Assembly (NCBI GenBank): GCA_963826525.1
Contig: CAWGXH010000004.1
Coordinates: forward strand, 768,001 to 832,000
DNA: 64,000 bases
Direction of reading: 5' to 3'
From: an uncultured Methanomicrobiaceae archaeon
GTDB taxonomy: Archaea; Halobacteriota; Methanomicrobia; Methanomicrobiales; Methanoculleaceae
The position numbers and the translations under genes are program-made. Below are positions 45,426-56,516 of this stretch, piece by piece; position 1 is the first letter of the stretch; each line of letters begins with the position of its first letter. The notes beneath the pieces are model-generated. The model was not told the origin of the DNA. It saw only the letters and a program-made list of their open reading frames with translations, and searched no databases.

Positions 45426-46130
45426 AGCTCGATCATCATCGCCGGCCCGCCGTCATCCGGGAAGACGGCGGTCGTCAGGCAGATCGTCAGGGGACTGCAG
45501 AGGGAGCATGCGATCGCATACCTCAAGATCGATGTCGTCCGGGCGTTCGAGGACGAGGAGATCCGGGCTGAGTTCTCGCTCCCCACCCGGAAGGTCTACT
45601 CCGGTGACCTCTGCCCCGATCACGCGGGCGTGACGGTGATGCGGGATGCAATCGCCTGGGCGGAGAGCGAGGGCGCAGACCTTTTGATCGTCGAGAGCGC
45701 CGGCCTCTGCCTCCGCTGCTCGCCCTACACCACCCAGGCGCTTGGGGTCGTGGTCATATCCGCTGTTTCGGGGACGAACACCCCTTTAAAGATGGCGGCC
45801 ATGCTGGCGCTCGCCGATTGTGCGGTCGTCACCCGGATCGATCTCGTCTCTCAGGCTGAGAAAGAGGTCTTCCGCGAAAGAATACGGGAGGTAAACCCCG
45901 CGCTCGATATCGTGGAGACGAACGCCGTCCAGGGCACCGGAATGCGGTATCTCCTCCGGGCGATCGAGGAGTTTCCGGAGATCGACGACCCGGATGCGAT
46001 CGTCCTCCGGGGTGTTCCGCCGCTCGGTGTCTGCACCATCTGCATCGGCAGGACCGAGATCGGGTGGCAGCATCACTTCGGCGTCGTCAGGAAGCTCGAG
46101 GGCGCCGACTATCTCTATCGGGGGGAGTAG
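45422..46130 (+). CDS. G3E-family (HypB/UreG-like) GTPase (indel ~45430)
   Basis: AGPPSSGKT, SGDLCPDH, ESAGLCLRCSPY, TRID, C-terminal CTIC. Confidence 0.82.
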
Positions 46131-46133
46131 CGG

Positions 46134-46754
46134 ATGGCGTGGACACCCCCGGGGAAAGACTGCGGCGCCTGCGGCGCCCCGACCTGCGAAGCGTTCCTCG
46201 CCCTGGTCAGGACCGGGGAGCGGGAGCGTGCGGACTGCATCTTCTATGAGGAAGCACCGGTCAGGCCTGGGTATGCCCCGGAAGCGCGGCATGCGGAGAG
46301 AGATATTCTTGGGGGAGGCTACGACTTCATCCTCGAACCGCTCCCCGGCGAAGTCTCCGCGAGGAAGATCGTCCTCCCGTTCCGCCCCGACCTCGTCGAG
46401 GCCTGGAATATTCATGAGGGCGACATCGTCGTCGGGAGACCCGTGGGCGCCGGCTGTCCGGTCCAGCACGTCCTCCGCGTCATTCACGCAAGCCCCGTAT
46501 CGGGGCTCCTCACCTGCTTCGTCGTCGGGCCGCAGGCATCCCGGGGCGGAGAGTTTAAGGATATAGAGGCCTACCACATGGTCGGCTTTGAGGGAATCGC
46601 CCGCCCGGTTCTCCGGGAACCGGTCTTCGGGATGCGGCAGCGGTTCCTGCCCGGGTACTGCATGATGAATCTGGCGCACACGGGAGTCGTCAATATGATC
46701 CTCGGGAAGTCGTACGGGCTCCACGTGCGGGTGGAGGATATCAGGTTTCTATGA
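46134..46754 (+). CDS. Fe-S binding protein (N-terminal FeS domain)
   Basis: PGKDCGACGAPTCEAF...C; GAGCPVQH; C-terminal CMM...HTG. Confidence 0.8.
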   Translation: MAWTPPGKDCGACGAPTCEAFLALVRTGERERADCIFYEEAPVRPGYAPEARHAERDILGGGYDFILEPLPGEVSARKIVLPFRPDLVEAWNIHEGDIVVGRPVGAGCPVQHVLRVIHASPVSGLLTCFVVGPQASRGGEFKDIEAYHMVGFEGIARPVLREPVFGMRQRFLPGYCMMNLAHTGVVNMILGKSYGLHVRVEDIRFL

Positions 46755-47992
46755 AGACGGTTCAGGAGATTCAAGAGAAGATATGGAAGGGCGAGGCGGT
46801 CGTGTACACCGCTGCCGAGTTCAAGGGGCTCGTCCGCGAAGGGCAGACGCTCTCGGCGGCCGACGTCGACGTGGTTACCACCGGGACCTGCGGGGTGGTA
46901 TCGGGCACTGCTGCCATCCTCTCGGTGCCGGTCGCTCCCCCGGGGAGCTTTGAGCGGGCGGAGAAGGTCTGGCTCAACGGTGTGCCGTGCTTCCCCGGCC
47001 CCTGCCCGAACGAACGGCTCGGCCTCGTCGACCTCATCGTTTCGGGCACCGCCCATGCCGGGATGGACTACGGGGGGGGCCACCTCCTCCGCGATATCAT
47101 CGCCGGAAACCCGGTCGAGGTCGTCGTCGAGGCGAGAGACCAGACCTTTGAGGCAACGGTCACGCTCGGCGATCTCCCCTTCGCCCGGATGTTTACGACC
47201 AGGAGCGCCTTTAAAAACTATACGGCGTTCGTGAACCGCCGGTCGACGACCGTCGCCACCATCTTCTCGGTGCGGGGGCTCGCCGGGCCGTGCCGCGAGG
47301 TCTCGGTGAGCGGCTGCGGTGAGATAAATCCCCTGCAGAACGACCCTGCCCGGCTCTCCATTCTGACGGGCTCGCCGATCCTCCTGAACGGGGCGGCCGG
47401 GATAGTCGTCGGAGAGGGGACGCGGAGCAGTCCCGAGAGGCCGAACCTCTCCGTCAGCGCCGACATCGCGGGGATGCAGCCGCAGTACCTCGGCGGTTTT
47501 CGGACGTCGGCATCGCCGGAGTGCTTCATCAGCATCGCCGCTCCCATCCCGGTCCTCGACGACCGGCAGATTGCAATGCTCTCCGTCCTCGACGAGGAGA
47601 TATCCCTCCCGATCGCCGATATCAACGACCGGGCGGTTCTCGGAGAGGGAACCTACGGGGAGGTCTGGCAGAAGACAGATATGTGCGTGCAGTACTACCC
47701 CGACTGGTGCGAGGACTGCTCCGTCTGCGTTGCCGGCGAGACCTGTCCGACCGGGGCATTCTCGAAAGGGAAGGGTATCGACCGGAGCCGCTGCCTCGAC
47801 TGCGGCACCTGCCTCTCTGTCTGTCCGGGCAGCGCCTTTGAGGGCGATTACGGCGCTCTCCGGATCCGCGGCCGGAAGATTCCAATCACGCTCCGGCAGT
47901 CCAGCCGCCGGAGGGCGGAGGAGATCTGCAGCGATCTGAAGGAACAGATCCTGGAGGGGCGGTTCCTGCTCACCGGAGGTGAGCGGTCGTGA
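46751..47992 (+). CDS. comF: Methanogenesis marker 16 metalloprotein (DUF39 + ferredoxin), putative coenzyme M synthase
   Basis: VDVVTTGTCG..SGT, GPCPNERLG, SVSGCGEINPLQNDP, two C-terminal CxxCxxC..CP motifs; directly upstream of cysteate synthase. Confidence 0.82.
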   Translation: MKTVQEIQEKIWKGEAVVYTAAEFKGLVREGQTLSAADVDVVTTGTCGVVSGTAAILSVPVAPPGSFERAEKVWLNGVPCFPGPCPNERLGLVDLIVSGTAHAGMDYGGGHLLRDIIAGNPVEVVVEARDQTFEATVTLGDLPFARMFTTRSAFKNYTAFVNRRSTTVATIFSVRGLAGPCREVSVSGCGEINPLQNDPARLSILTGSPILLNGAAGIVVGEGTRSSPERPNLSVSADIAGMQPQYLGGFRTSASPECFISIAAPIPVLDDRQIAMLSVLDEEISLPIADINDRAVLGEGTYGEVWQKTDMCVQYYPDWCEDCSVCVAGETCPTGAFSKGKGIDRSRCLDCGTCLSVCPGSAFEGDYGALRIRGRKIPITLRQSSRRRAEEICSDLKEQILEGRFLLTGGERS

Positions 47993-49263
47993 CGGAGAAG
48001 TACCGGCTGCAGTGCCCCGGGTGCTGGGTCTCGTTTGACGACCACTACACTCTCGACTGCCCGATGGGGTGCCGTGCGCTGATCCGGACGTACTACCAGA
48101 AGCGGCAGCTCGACGTCAAAGAGCTCCCCGGGATCTTCCGCTACATCGACTGGCTTCCTATCGAGCACCCGCTCCCGCTCGATGCGGGCCCCGTCTCCTA
48201 CCGGAGCGAAGCGTTTGCGCGGGAGCTCGGCCTTGATCATCTTATTGTGACGTTCTCGGGCTACTGGCCGGAACGGGGGGGAAGATCCTGACCTGTTCGT
48301 TCAAGGAGCTTGAGGCCATACCGACCATCATCCGCCTGCGGGAGAAGGGTGCGGGCATCCTGCAGATCTCCTCGGCAGGCAACACGGGACGGGCGTTCTG
48401 CCAGATGTCGGCATTGACCGGGGTGCCGGTCGTGGTCGTCGTTCCTGCTTCATGCCGTGATCGCCTCTGGACGACCGAAGAGGCAGAGAATGTCTGCATG
48501 ATCACGATCGAGGGCGATTACACCGACGCTATCGCCCTCGGAAGGGAGGTATGCACCCTCCCCGGCCTCGTCCCCGAAGGCGGCGCGAGGAACGTCGCCC
48601 GCCGCGACGGGATGGGGACGACGATGCTCGACGGCACGCTGGCGGCCGGCAGGCTGCCTGAATATTACTTCCAGGCCGTCGGGAGCGGAACCGGCGGGAT
48701 CGCCGCATGGGAGGCTGCCGAACGGCTGATCGGCGACGGGCGGTTCGGCACGCACCGGCCGGAGCTGCACCTCTCCCAGAACGTCCCCTTCATCCCGATG
48801 GTGCGGGCGTGGGAGGCCGGGCGCGATCGGATAACCCCTGCGGACATGCCCGATGCAGAGCGGGCGATCGCATCGGTCTCTGCCGATGTGCTCACGAACC
48901 GCGATCCGCCCTACGCCGTGAAGGGCGGGGTGTACGACGCCCTCACCGCGACTTCCGGAAGGATGTATGCGGTCACCAACGACGAGGCGAGGGCTGCCGG
49001 GGCGCTCTTCACCGCCCTTGAGGGGATTGACCTCGACCCGGCGGCCGCCGTCGCCGTCGGCTCGCTCGTCCGGGCGGTCGACGAGGGCACTATCGACCCC
49101 GCGAAAGTCGTCCTTCTCAATATCACCGGCGGCGGTTACGACCGCGTCCGGGAAGATTTCACGCAGCACCGGATCGAACCGTTCCTCCGCCTCTCCGCCG
49201 GAGCCGGGATTGAGGAGGAGGTGCGGGGCGAGGCTTGAAGGGTGGGTGGCTTCCCATGCATGA
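47989..49263 (+). CDS. Cysteate synthase (threonine synthase-like PLP enzyme; indels ~48280, ~49232)
   Basis: N-terminal CxxC..C..C, FSGYWPE.G, TCSFKELEA, SAGNT.RAF, NVARRDGMGT, YFQAVGSGTG; adjacent to comDE. Confidence 0.88.
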
Positions 49264-50383
49264 GACCTGCGTCCTCGACCGGCTCTCCGGTCAGGGGGTC
49301 GAGACCGTGGTATCCCTCCCCTGCGACAGGACGCAGGATCTCTGCTTCCTCTTTCCGGAACGGTTCCACACGGTCGATCTCACCCGGGAGGAGGACGGTG
49401 TCGGTATCTGCGCCGGGCTCGTCCTCGCCGGAGGACGGCCGGTGCTCCATATGCAGAGTTCGGGTCTCGGGAACTCCCTGAATGCGATCATGTCCCTGAC
49501 GGTAACCTTCGGTCTGCCGCTTCCGATCCTCGCGAGCTGGCGGGGCGTCTACAAAGAGGCGATCCCCGCCCAGATCCCGTTTAACAGGGCGGTTCCGGGA
49601 GTGCTCGATGCGCTCGGCATCCCCTATACGATCATCCGCGATAGCAGAGAGGATGACCTGATCGACGCCGTCATCGAGAACGCTTACGGGGAGATGCGCC
49701 CGCACGTGGCTCTCATCTCGCCCGCTTTCTGGGAGGGGGCGGAGGATGCCTGCCCGGCCGCGAAGCGACCGCTCCCGCCCCGGGGCCGAGAGTCTCTGGT
49801 GGAGTACCGCCGGACTATCAGGGAGCCTGTCATGACCCGGTACGACGCGATCCGGGTGATCGCCGCTCTCCTCGGGGATGAAGCGGTGGTCTCCAACATC
49901 GGTGTCCCGTCAAAGGAGCTCTATGCCGCCCGCGACCGGCCCGAGAACTTCTACATGCTCGGGAGCTACACCCAGGCGACGCCGATCGGCCTCGGCCTCG
50001 CGCTGAAAACCGATCGCGACGTGGTGGTGCTCGACGGTGACGGCAGCCTGCTTGGGACGGCCGTCCTCCCGGTGGTGGCGGCGGAGTCTCCCGGGAATCT
50101 CACTATCGTCTGTCTGGACAACGGTGCCTTCGGCAGCACCGGCAACCAGCCGACGAACGCCTACGGCCAGGTGGACATGGAGTTTCTCGCGATCGCTGCC
50201 GGTATCAGGAATACCGCGAAAGTGCATACGCCGGATGAGCTCCGTGATGCGTGGGAGATGCGGGGGAAGGGCCCGGCCTTCCTGCACGTGATCGTACAAC
50301 CGGGCAACGCACCGGTGCCGAACATCCCGTATGCTCCCGAAGATATCCGGGACCGGTTTATGCAGGCTCTCCGGAGCCCCTGA
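49256..50383 (+). CDS. comDE: Sulfopyruvate decarboxylase, fused alpha/beta (ComDE)
   Basis: SLPCD, TREEDGVGICAG, MQSSGLGNS; SNIGVPSKEL, NFYMLGS, TPP motif DGDGS...DNG. Confidence 0.92.
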   Translation: MHETCVLDRLSGQGVETVVSLPCDRTQDLCFLFPERFHTVDLTREEDGVGICAGLVLAGGRPVLHMQSSGLGNSLNAIMSLTVTFGLPLPILASWRGVYKEAIPAQIPFNRAVPGVLDALGIPYTIIRDSREDDLIDAVIENAYGEMRPHVALISPAFWEGAEDACPAAKRPLPPRGRESLVEYRRTIREPVMTRYDAIRVIAALLGDEAVVSNIGVPSKELYAARDRPENFYMLGSYTQATPIGLGLALKTDRDVVVLDGDGSLLGTAVLPVVAAESPGNLTIVCLDNGAFGSTGNQPTNAYGQVDMEFLAIAAGIRNTAKVHTPDELRDAWEMRGKGPAFLHVIVQPGNAPVPNIPYAPEDIRDRFMQALRSP

Positions 50384-50390
50384 ACTCTTT

Positions 50391-51323
50391 TTAGACCAGC
50401 ACCGTCGTGATCAGCGGGATCGTCAGGAGCGATCCGATGGTCGAGACGAAGACGACCTGCGAGGCGAGGCGTGAGTCGGAGCCGTACTGCTCGGCGAAGA
50501 TGACGGTGTTCGCGGCGACGGGCATCGCGGCGAGGGTGATCAGGACGCCGAGGATGAGCGGGTCCGAGACGAAGGGCCGTGCGAGGAACCAGAATATGAC
50601 CGGCACGATGAGGAGCCTGATGGCGCTGACGGCGGCGGTTCGCCAGTTCCCGACCATCTCTCGCGCCGGGAACGTGGCGAGCAGCGCCCCGACGATGATC
50701 ATGGCGAGCGGCGTGGTCACCTCGCCGAGGATCGCGAGCGAGTCGATGAAGGGTGAGGGGATCTCGATCGACCAGAGGAAGAGGAGAAACCCGATCACCG
50801 ACGCGGCGATACCGGGGTTTGCGAGCATCTTCGGGTCGAACCCCTCGCGTCGCCCCTCGGTCATCAGTGCTATCCCGACCGAGAAGACGAGGATGTTGAA
50901 GAGCAGGTTGAAGATGGCGACGAAGAAGAGGGCCTCGGCACCGTAGATCGCCCCGATGACGGGAAAGCCCATGAACCCGACGTTCCCGAAGACGATGGCG
51001 AACTGGAAGACTCCCCTCTCCACAGCCTTGCGGGAGAGCGCCCGGGAGACGAGGTACGCGACGGCGAACGAGAGGAGGTAGAGCGCCCCGCTCAGGAGCA
51101 GCAGTTCCTCGGTGTTCGCGAGGCGGTCAGGGGAGAAGGGTACCTGCATCGAGACGATGATGAGAGCGGGGATCGTGACATTGATGAGCAGTGCCGAGAT
51201 CCGTCCGGTCGAGTGCCGGTCGAGGATGCCGGCGGCGAGGGCGATGTAGCCCGCCGCGATCAGGAGGACGAGGATGAATATCCGGTCCGCCACCGTCAGA
51301 AACTCCGCGATCATCCCGTCCAT
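50391..51323 (-). CDS. AEC (auxin efflux carrier) family transporter
   Basis: About 10 TM helices; FGNVGFMGFP, TTPLAMIIVG, AMPVAAN. Confidence 0.88.
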   Translation of the reverse strand: MDGMIAEFLTVADRIFILVLLIAAGYIALAAGILDRHSTGRISALLINVTIPALIIVSMQVPFSPDRLANTEELLLLSGALYLLSFAVAYLVSRALSRKAVERGVFQFAIVFGNVGFMGFPVIGAIYGAEALFFVAIFNLLFNILVFSVGIALMTEGRREGFDPKMLANPGIAASVIGFLLFLWSIEIPSPFIDSLAILGEVTTPLAMIIVGALLATFPAREMVGNWRTAAVSAIRLLIVPVIFWFLARPFVSDPLILGVLITLAAMPVAANTVIFAEQYGSDSRLASQVVFVSTIGSLLTIPLITTVLV

Positions 51324-51436
51324 ACCGTCACCCTCCGCCTGTTCCTCAAAGGTGTGCTCCTTATCACCCATTACGCTTCTGTTCGATGCCGCAAGGACGG
51401 GCAGAGTTTTTCCGTCGGTATCGCCACATCTTTTTC

Positions 51437-51861
51437 ATGTTTGAAAGACCGTGGTACCTCGCCGTATCGGCGCTGATCCGGAACGGTGAGGGGAAGGTGC
51501 TGCTTCTGAAACGCTCGCTCGACGACGAGATCAATCCGGGTAAGTGGGATCTGCCCGGTGGAAAACCCGACCCGGGCGAAACCTTCGAACGTGCTCTTCG
51601 GCGAGAGGTCTACGAGGAAACCGGGATGCACGTTGCGCTCGCGCATGTTGCCGGTGCCGGTGAGTCCGAGCTGCCTGACAAACGGATCGCCTACCTGATC
51701 CTCGCGTGCGACGCCGACACCGGGGGCGTCAGGCTCAGCCCTGAACATTCGGAGTACGCCTGGCTTGCCCCCGGGGAGATTCTCAGCTCGATCTTGCGGA
51801 GCAGTTCGTGCGGTTGTTTGCCAGCCGTGCCATGGAGAGTGCTCCAGAGAATTGCGAGTAG
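51437..51861 (+). CDS. NUDIX hydrolase (indel ~51786)
   Basis: WDLPGGKPDPGETFERALRREVYEETG Nudix box; LSPEHSEYAW. Confidence 0.9.
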
Positions 51862-52075
51862 CCCGCTTCTCTCAGAGCCGCCCAATGGTACAACCGCCAA
51901 AGACTGTGGCCATACACCGTTATGAATGCCAGGCCTCACGTTGATGAACGCGCAAGCAACGAACCTGAAGATCTACCCTCTGGTAGCGTACTTCCGGAGA
52001 TGCTCCCAGGAGGCGAAGGCTGCGCCCCGCCACCACGATAACCCTTATCTCCCTCTCGCAAGAGAGATACTATTC

Positions 52076-52981
52076 ATGCTGGATCAGTTCAAAGGCTGTC
52101 TGTTGGGGGCCGCGATCGGTGACGCGCTCGGAATGGCGGGCGAGAGCGGCCCGCCGAGTCTCCAGCGGCTCGGGGAAGGATATCGGCGGGCGTGGCGGGG
52201 ACACCCGAACGCCGGCTTAAAACCCGGACAGTTCACCGACGACACTCAGATGATGCTCATGGTCGCGGAGATGCTCGCCGACGGGACATACACGGACGAG
52301 GCTTACTCCGCCGAGCTCGCCCGGATGTATATGAAAGGGGAGATGCGGTTCCCCGACGGCTCCGTCGGGGCGGCCTGCGAACACCTCCTCTTAAAAGGCC
52401 CGAAGGGTAGTGGGGTGAACTCGAACACCGCCGGGTGCATTAGTATCGGGATTCCGTTCGCTCTGCTCTACGACGACCCCGTCGAGGTCACCGAACGGGT
52501 GGCCACGGCATGTAGCATCACCCATACCCACCCGGCCGCTCACGCCGGGGCGATCACCGTTGCCATGCTGATCCACTACACTATCCGCGGGTATCCCGAC
52601 ACCCTCGAGCTCGCCCAGAGGAACGCCACATTCGAGGATGTCGTCCTCGGCAACAAGATCCGCGACGCCCTCCGGATCGAGCGGGAGGGTATCAGCCTCG
52701 ATAGTGCGCTCTCGGTGCTTGGGAACGACGTCACCGTCTACCAGACCGTGCCGCTTGCCTTCTTCCTCGCGAGCCGGATCACCGATATCGACGACCTGCT
52801 CTCCACGGCTTCGAACGTCGGCGGCAACACCGATACGATCGCGCTCATCTGTGGTGCGTATGCCGGGGCAAAATACGGAAAGGGAATATTCCGGTCGGAT
52901 CTCACGGATGGGCTCGAGGATAGAGAGCGCATTGAAAATATCGCAAACCGGCTCTACCAACGCTACACCGAAAAGGGTTAA
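52076..52981 (+). CDS. ADP-ribosylglycohydrolase family protein
   Basis: GCLLGAAIGDALG, FTDDTQM, ITH.HP, GGNTDTIALICGA.AGA.YG. Confidence 0.85.
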   Translation: MLDQFKGCLLGAAIGDALGMAGESGPPSLQRLGEGYRRAWRGHPNAGLKPGQFTDDTQMMLMVAEMLADGTYTDEAYSAELARMYMKGEMRFPDGSVGAACEHLLLKGPKGSGVNSNTAGCISIGIPFALLYDDPVEVTERVATACSITHTHPAAHAGAITVAMLIHYTIRGYPDTLELAQRNATFEDVVLGNKIRDALRIEREGISLDSALSVLGNDVTVYQTVPLAFFLASRITDIDDLLSTASNVGGNTDTIALICGAYAGAKYGKGIFRSDLTDGLEDRERIENIANRLYQRYTEKG

Positions 52982-53007
52982 GTTTTTAAAAAAGCCACAT
53001 GTGTTTC

Positions 53008-53994
53008 ATGCACATTGCGATCATCGGAGCCTCCGGGTACACCGGCGGCGAGCTGATGCGGCTGCTCGCGAACCATCCCTCCGCAGAGGTCGTCTGCGCC
53101 ACGTCCCGCAAACAGGGCGGCCTCCCCGTCGCGGCCGTCCACCCGCACCTCCGCGGCCTGACCGATCTGGTGTTTCAGAATGCCGATATCGATGATATCG
53201 ACGCCGACTTTGCCTTTCTGGCCGTCCCCCATACTGCCGCCATGAAGGTGGCGGGCGCTCTGCTCGAGCGCGGCATCAAGACCGTCGACCTCTCCGCCGA
53301 CTACCGCCTGCCGAAGGATATCTTCGAGAAGGTCTACGGCGTTCCCCACGAGGCCTACTTCGACGCACCCTACGGCCTTCCCGAACTGCACCGGGACGAG
53401 GTGCGGGATGCCGCATTCGTGGCGAACCCCGGCTGCTTCCCCACGGGCGCCACGCTCGCCGCCGCCCCGCTCGCAAAGCACGCCCACACCATCATCTTCG
53501 ACTCGAAGACCGGCGTGACCGGGGCGGGCAACACCCCCTCGGAGACGACGCACTACCCGAATGTCGGCGATACCTTCAGCGCCTACAAGTGGACGACGCA
53601 CCGGCATCTCGCGGAGATGAAGCAGGAGGTCGCGAAGCTCGGGTCGGGTGCCCGTTGTTACTTCACGCCGCATCTCCTCCCCGTCAACCGCGGCATCCTC
53701 ACCACCGCTCACATCCTGCTCAACGAGCCGATGGAGCAGAGCGAGGTCGAGGCACTCTACAAGAAGTACTATCAGGACGAATTCTTCGTCCGCTACCAGA
53801 AACCGACGCTCGCTGCGGTGCGGGGCACGAACTTCTGCGACGTTGCGGTGGAGAGCGAAGGAGATCGCGTCGTCGTCGTCTCGGCGATCGACAACCTGGT
53901 GAAGGGTGCGAGCGGCCAGGCAATCCAGAATATGAATCTTATGTGCGGGCTCTCTGAGACTACTGGTCTCCGCCTCGCAGGGATGTTTCCATAG
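53008..53994 (+). CDS. argC: N-acetyl-gamma-glutamyl-phosphate reductase
   Basis: [43 protein letters not shown]. Confidence 0.96.
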   Translation: MHIAIIGASGYTGGELMRLLANHPSAEVVCATSRKQGGLPVAAVHPHLRGLTDLVFQNADIDDIDADFAFLAVPHTAAMKVAGALLERGIKTVDLSADYRLPKDIFEKVYGVPHEAYFDAPYGLPELHRDEVRDAAFVANPGCFPTGATLAAAPLAKHAHTIIFDSKTGVTGAGNTPSETTHYPNVGDTFSAYKWTTHRHLAEMKQEVAKLGSGARCYFTPHLLPVNRGILTTAHILLNEPMEQSEVEALYKKYYQDEFFVRYQKPTLAAVRGTNFCDVAVESEGDRVVVVSAIDNLVKGASGQAIQNMNLMCGLSETTGLRLAGMFP

Positions 53995-54486
53995 GTGATG
54001 CTCATGCAGGTACGCGATGTTATGACAAAGAATCCCGTGGTCGTGCCGGTCGAGGCACCGATCCGGGAGGCGGCACGGCTGCTCCGGACCTACCGGATCG
54101 GCGGACTGCCGGTGATGAAGGGCGACCATATTGAAGGGATCATCACCGAGAGCGACGTGCTCTCCCTCCTCGATACCGGGAACCTCTCCGACGACCTCTG
54201 GCTCCCTTCCCCCCTCGAGATCATCGAGGTGCCCATCCGTGAGTTCATCAACTGGGAGCGGACGAAGAACGCCCTCTCCGATATCGGCGATATGCCCGTC
54301 GGCGAGGTGATGAGCAGCCCCGCTATTACCATTCGCGAGGATGCGGATATCGAGGCGGCGGCGGCCCTGATGCTCCGCGAGGGGATCGCCCGTCTCCCGG
54401 TGGTGCGGGAGCACCAACTTGTCGGAATCGTGACCCGGGCCGATATCGTCCGCGGCGTCGGGGAAGGTGCGGAGGAGTCGACGTGA
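53995..54486 (+). CDS. CBS domain protein
   Basis: VRDVMT, GLPV...GIITESD, RLPVV...GIVTRAD. Confidence 0.9.
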   Translation: MMLMQVRDVMTKNPVVVPVEAPIREAARLLRTYRIGGLPVMKGDHIEGIITESDVLSLLDTGNLSDDLWLPSPLEIIEVPIREFINWERTKNALSDIGDMPVGEVMSSPAITIREDADIEAAAALMLREGIARLPVVREHQLVGIVTRADIVRGVGEGAEEST

Positions 54487-55634
54487 AGAGCATCTGCGCC
54501 GTCGAAGGCGTGACCGCCTGGGGGGTGAAAGAAGGGAAGTACGGCCTCGCCCTCATCCGCGCGAGTGGGAACGCAGCAGGCGTCTTCACCTCGAACCGGG
54601 TGCGGGCCGCACCGGTCGAGCTGATGATGGAGCGGATGCACCGCGGGACGCTCGACGCGATCGTTGTGAACAGCGGGTGTGCCAATGCCTATACAGGTGA
54701 ACGGGGCTACCGCGACGCCGTGGAGATGTGCGAGATTGCCGGATCTGCCCTGCACCTCGATCCGGAGGCGGTCGGGGTAGCGAGCACCGGCGTCATCGGG
54801 CGATACCTCGACCTCGACCGTATCCGCCTGCAGACGGGAGAGGTCGCCAAAAACCTCCGGCGTACCGGCGAAGCGGAGGACGCGGCCGCCCATGCTATCA
54901 TGACCACCGATCTCTTCCCGAAGCATGCCGTCGTGAAGACGGAGTCGTTCACGGTCGGGGGTATTACCAAGGGGAGCGGCATGATCGCCCCGAATATGGG
55001 AACGATGCTCGCGTTCATCTATACCGATGCGGAGATGGAGACACCCGGTCTGCACGGTCTTCTCCGCCAGGCGACCCGGAGGACTTTCAACCGTATCGTT
55101 GTCGACGGGGATACGAGCACCAACGACGTGGCCTTCTGCACCGCCACCGGCGAGGCCGGCCCGGTCGACCAGCACGACCTTGAGACGGCACTCGAAGAGG
55201 TCTGCCGCCGGCTCGCCGTCCAGATTGCGAGGGACGGCGAGGGCGCGACGAAGCTTCTGGAGGTCACCGTCCGCGGTGCTCCCGATGAAGAAGCGGCGGC
55301 CGAGGTCGCACGGACAGTGATAGCATCCCCGCTCGTCAAGACCGCCATCTACGGAGAAGACCCGAACTGGGGCAGGGTCGTTGCCGCAGCGGGTCGGGCG
55401 GGCGTCGAGTTCGACCCCTATGCCGTATCGCTTTCTGTCGGCCGTGGAGGCGAGCGGACGGCGCTTGTTGCGCGGGGCGCGATTGTCGCCGACCTTCAGC
55501 GGGCGAAAGCGGCGATGCACGGTGATACCGTGGCCTTCGAGCTTGACCTCGCCGCCGGCGAGGGCGAGGCGACGGCCTGGGGCTGCGACCTCACCGAGAA
55601 GTACGTGGAGATCAACGGGAAGTACACAACATGA
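54483..55634 (+). CDS. argJ: Ornithine acetyltransferase / N-acetylglutamate synthase
   Basis: [56 protein letters not shown]. Confidence 0.96.
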   Translation: MKSICAVEGVTAWGVKEGKYGLALIRASGNAAGVFTSNRVRAAPVELMMERMHRGTLDAIVVNSGCANAYTGERGYRDAVEMCEIAGSALHLDPEAVGVASTGVIGRYLDLDRIRLQTGEVAKNLRRTGEAEDAAAHAIMTTDLFPKHAVVKTESFTVGGITKGSGMIAPNMGTMLAFIYTDAEMETPGLHGLLRQATRRTFNRIVVDGDTSTNDVAFCTATGEAGPVDQHDLETALEEVCRRLAVQIARDGEGATKLLEVTVRGAPDEEAAAEVARTVIASPLVKTAIYGEDPNWGRVVAAAGRAGVEFDPYAVSLSVGRGGERTALVARGAIVADLQRAKAAMHGDTVAFELDLAAGEGEATAWGCDLTEKYVEINGKYTT

Positions 55635-56500
55635 AGCGAGAAGACGTTCTGATGGAGGCACTGCCCTATATCCAGAAGTTCCATGGCAAGACGATCGTCA
55701 TCAAACTCGGCGGCCATGCGATGGTCGATGCGAAGATCCTTGAGACCGTCATCCAGGATGCCGTCCTGCTCCACTACGTGGGCATGAAGGTCGTGCTGGT
55801 CCATGGCGGCGGCCCTGAGATCACCGAGAAGATGAAGGCGATGGGGAAAGAACCCAAGTTCGTTGCGGGTCTCCGGATCACCGACCAGGAGACCCTCGAG
55901 ATCGCCCAGATGGTGCTCGTCGGCAAGATCAACGACGGGATTGTCTCCCTCATTGCCAACTGCGGCGCCCGGGCGGTCGGCCTCTCGGGGAACGACGGCA
56001 ATCTGCTGATCGCCCGGAAGATGGATCTCCAGAAGGTCAAAGTCGGCGGCGTCGAGCAGGAGGTCGACCTCGGCCACGTCGGTGAGATCGAGGAGGTCGA
56101 TCCGCGGGTGCTCCACTGCCTGCTCGAGCAGGGGTATATGCCGGTCGTCGCTCCCATCGCCATAGACCGATCGGGAAAGAGCCTGAATATCAACGCCGAC
56201 ACCGCCGCAGCAGAGATAGCAACGGCACTCGGGGCGTTCAAACTCTTCAACCTCACCGACGTCGACGGCGTGATGAACGCTGATCGCTCGCGGATCTACC
56301 ACCGCTTAAAACTCCACGAGGTGGAGGCGATGATAGAGGACGGGATCATCGTCGGCGGGATGATCCCAAAACTCCTCGGATGCATGAAAGCGGTCGGGAG
56401 CGGTGTTGCGAGCGCTCATATCGTGAACGGGAACAAGGGGCACAACCTCCTCCTCGAGCTCTTCACCGACGAGGGCGTTGGGACGATGCTCTCGGCATAA
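55631..56500 (+). CDS. argB: Acetylglutamate kinase
   Basis: [44 protein letters not shown]. Confidence 0.96.
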   Translation: MKREDVLMEALPYIQKFHGKTIVIKLGGHAMVDAKILETVIQDAVLLHYVGMKVVLVHGGGPEITEKMKAMGKEPKFVAGLRITDQETLEIAQMVLVGKINDGIVSLIANCGARAVGLSGNDGNLLIARKMDLQKVKVGGVEQEVDLGHVGEIEEVDPRVLHCLLEQGYMPVVAPIAIDRSGKSLNINADTAAAEIATALGAFKLFNLTDVDGVMNADRSRIYHRLKLHEVEAMIEDGIIVGGMIPKLLGCMKAVGSGVASAHIVNGNKGHNLLLELFTDEGVGTMLSA

Positions 56501-56503
56501 AAC

Positions 56504-56511
56504 CTTTTTTT
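56504..56511 (+). terminator. Oligo-T archaeal terminator after argB
   Basis: T8 tract directly after the argB stop, between convergent genes. Confidence 0.5.
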
Positions 56512-56516
56512 CGCCG

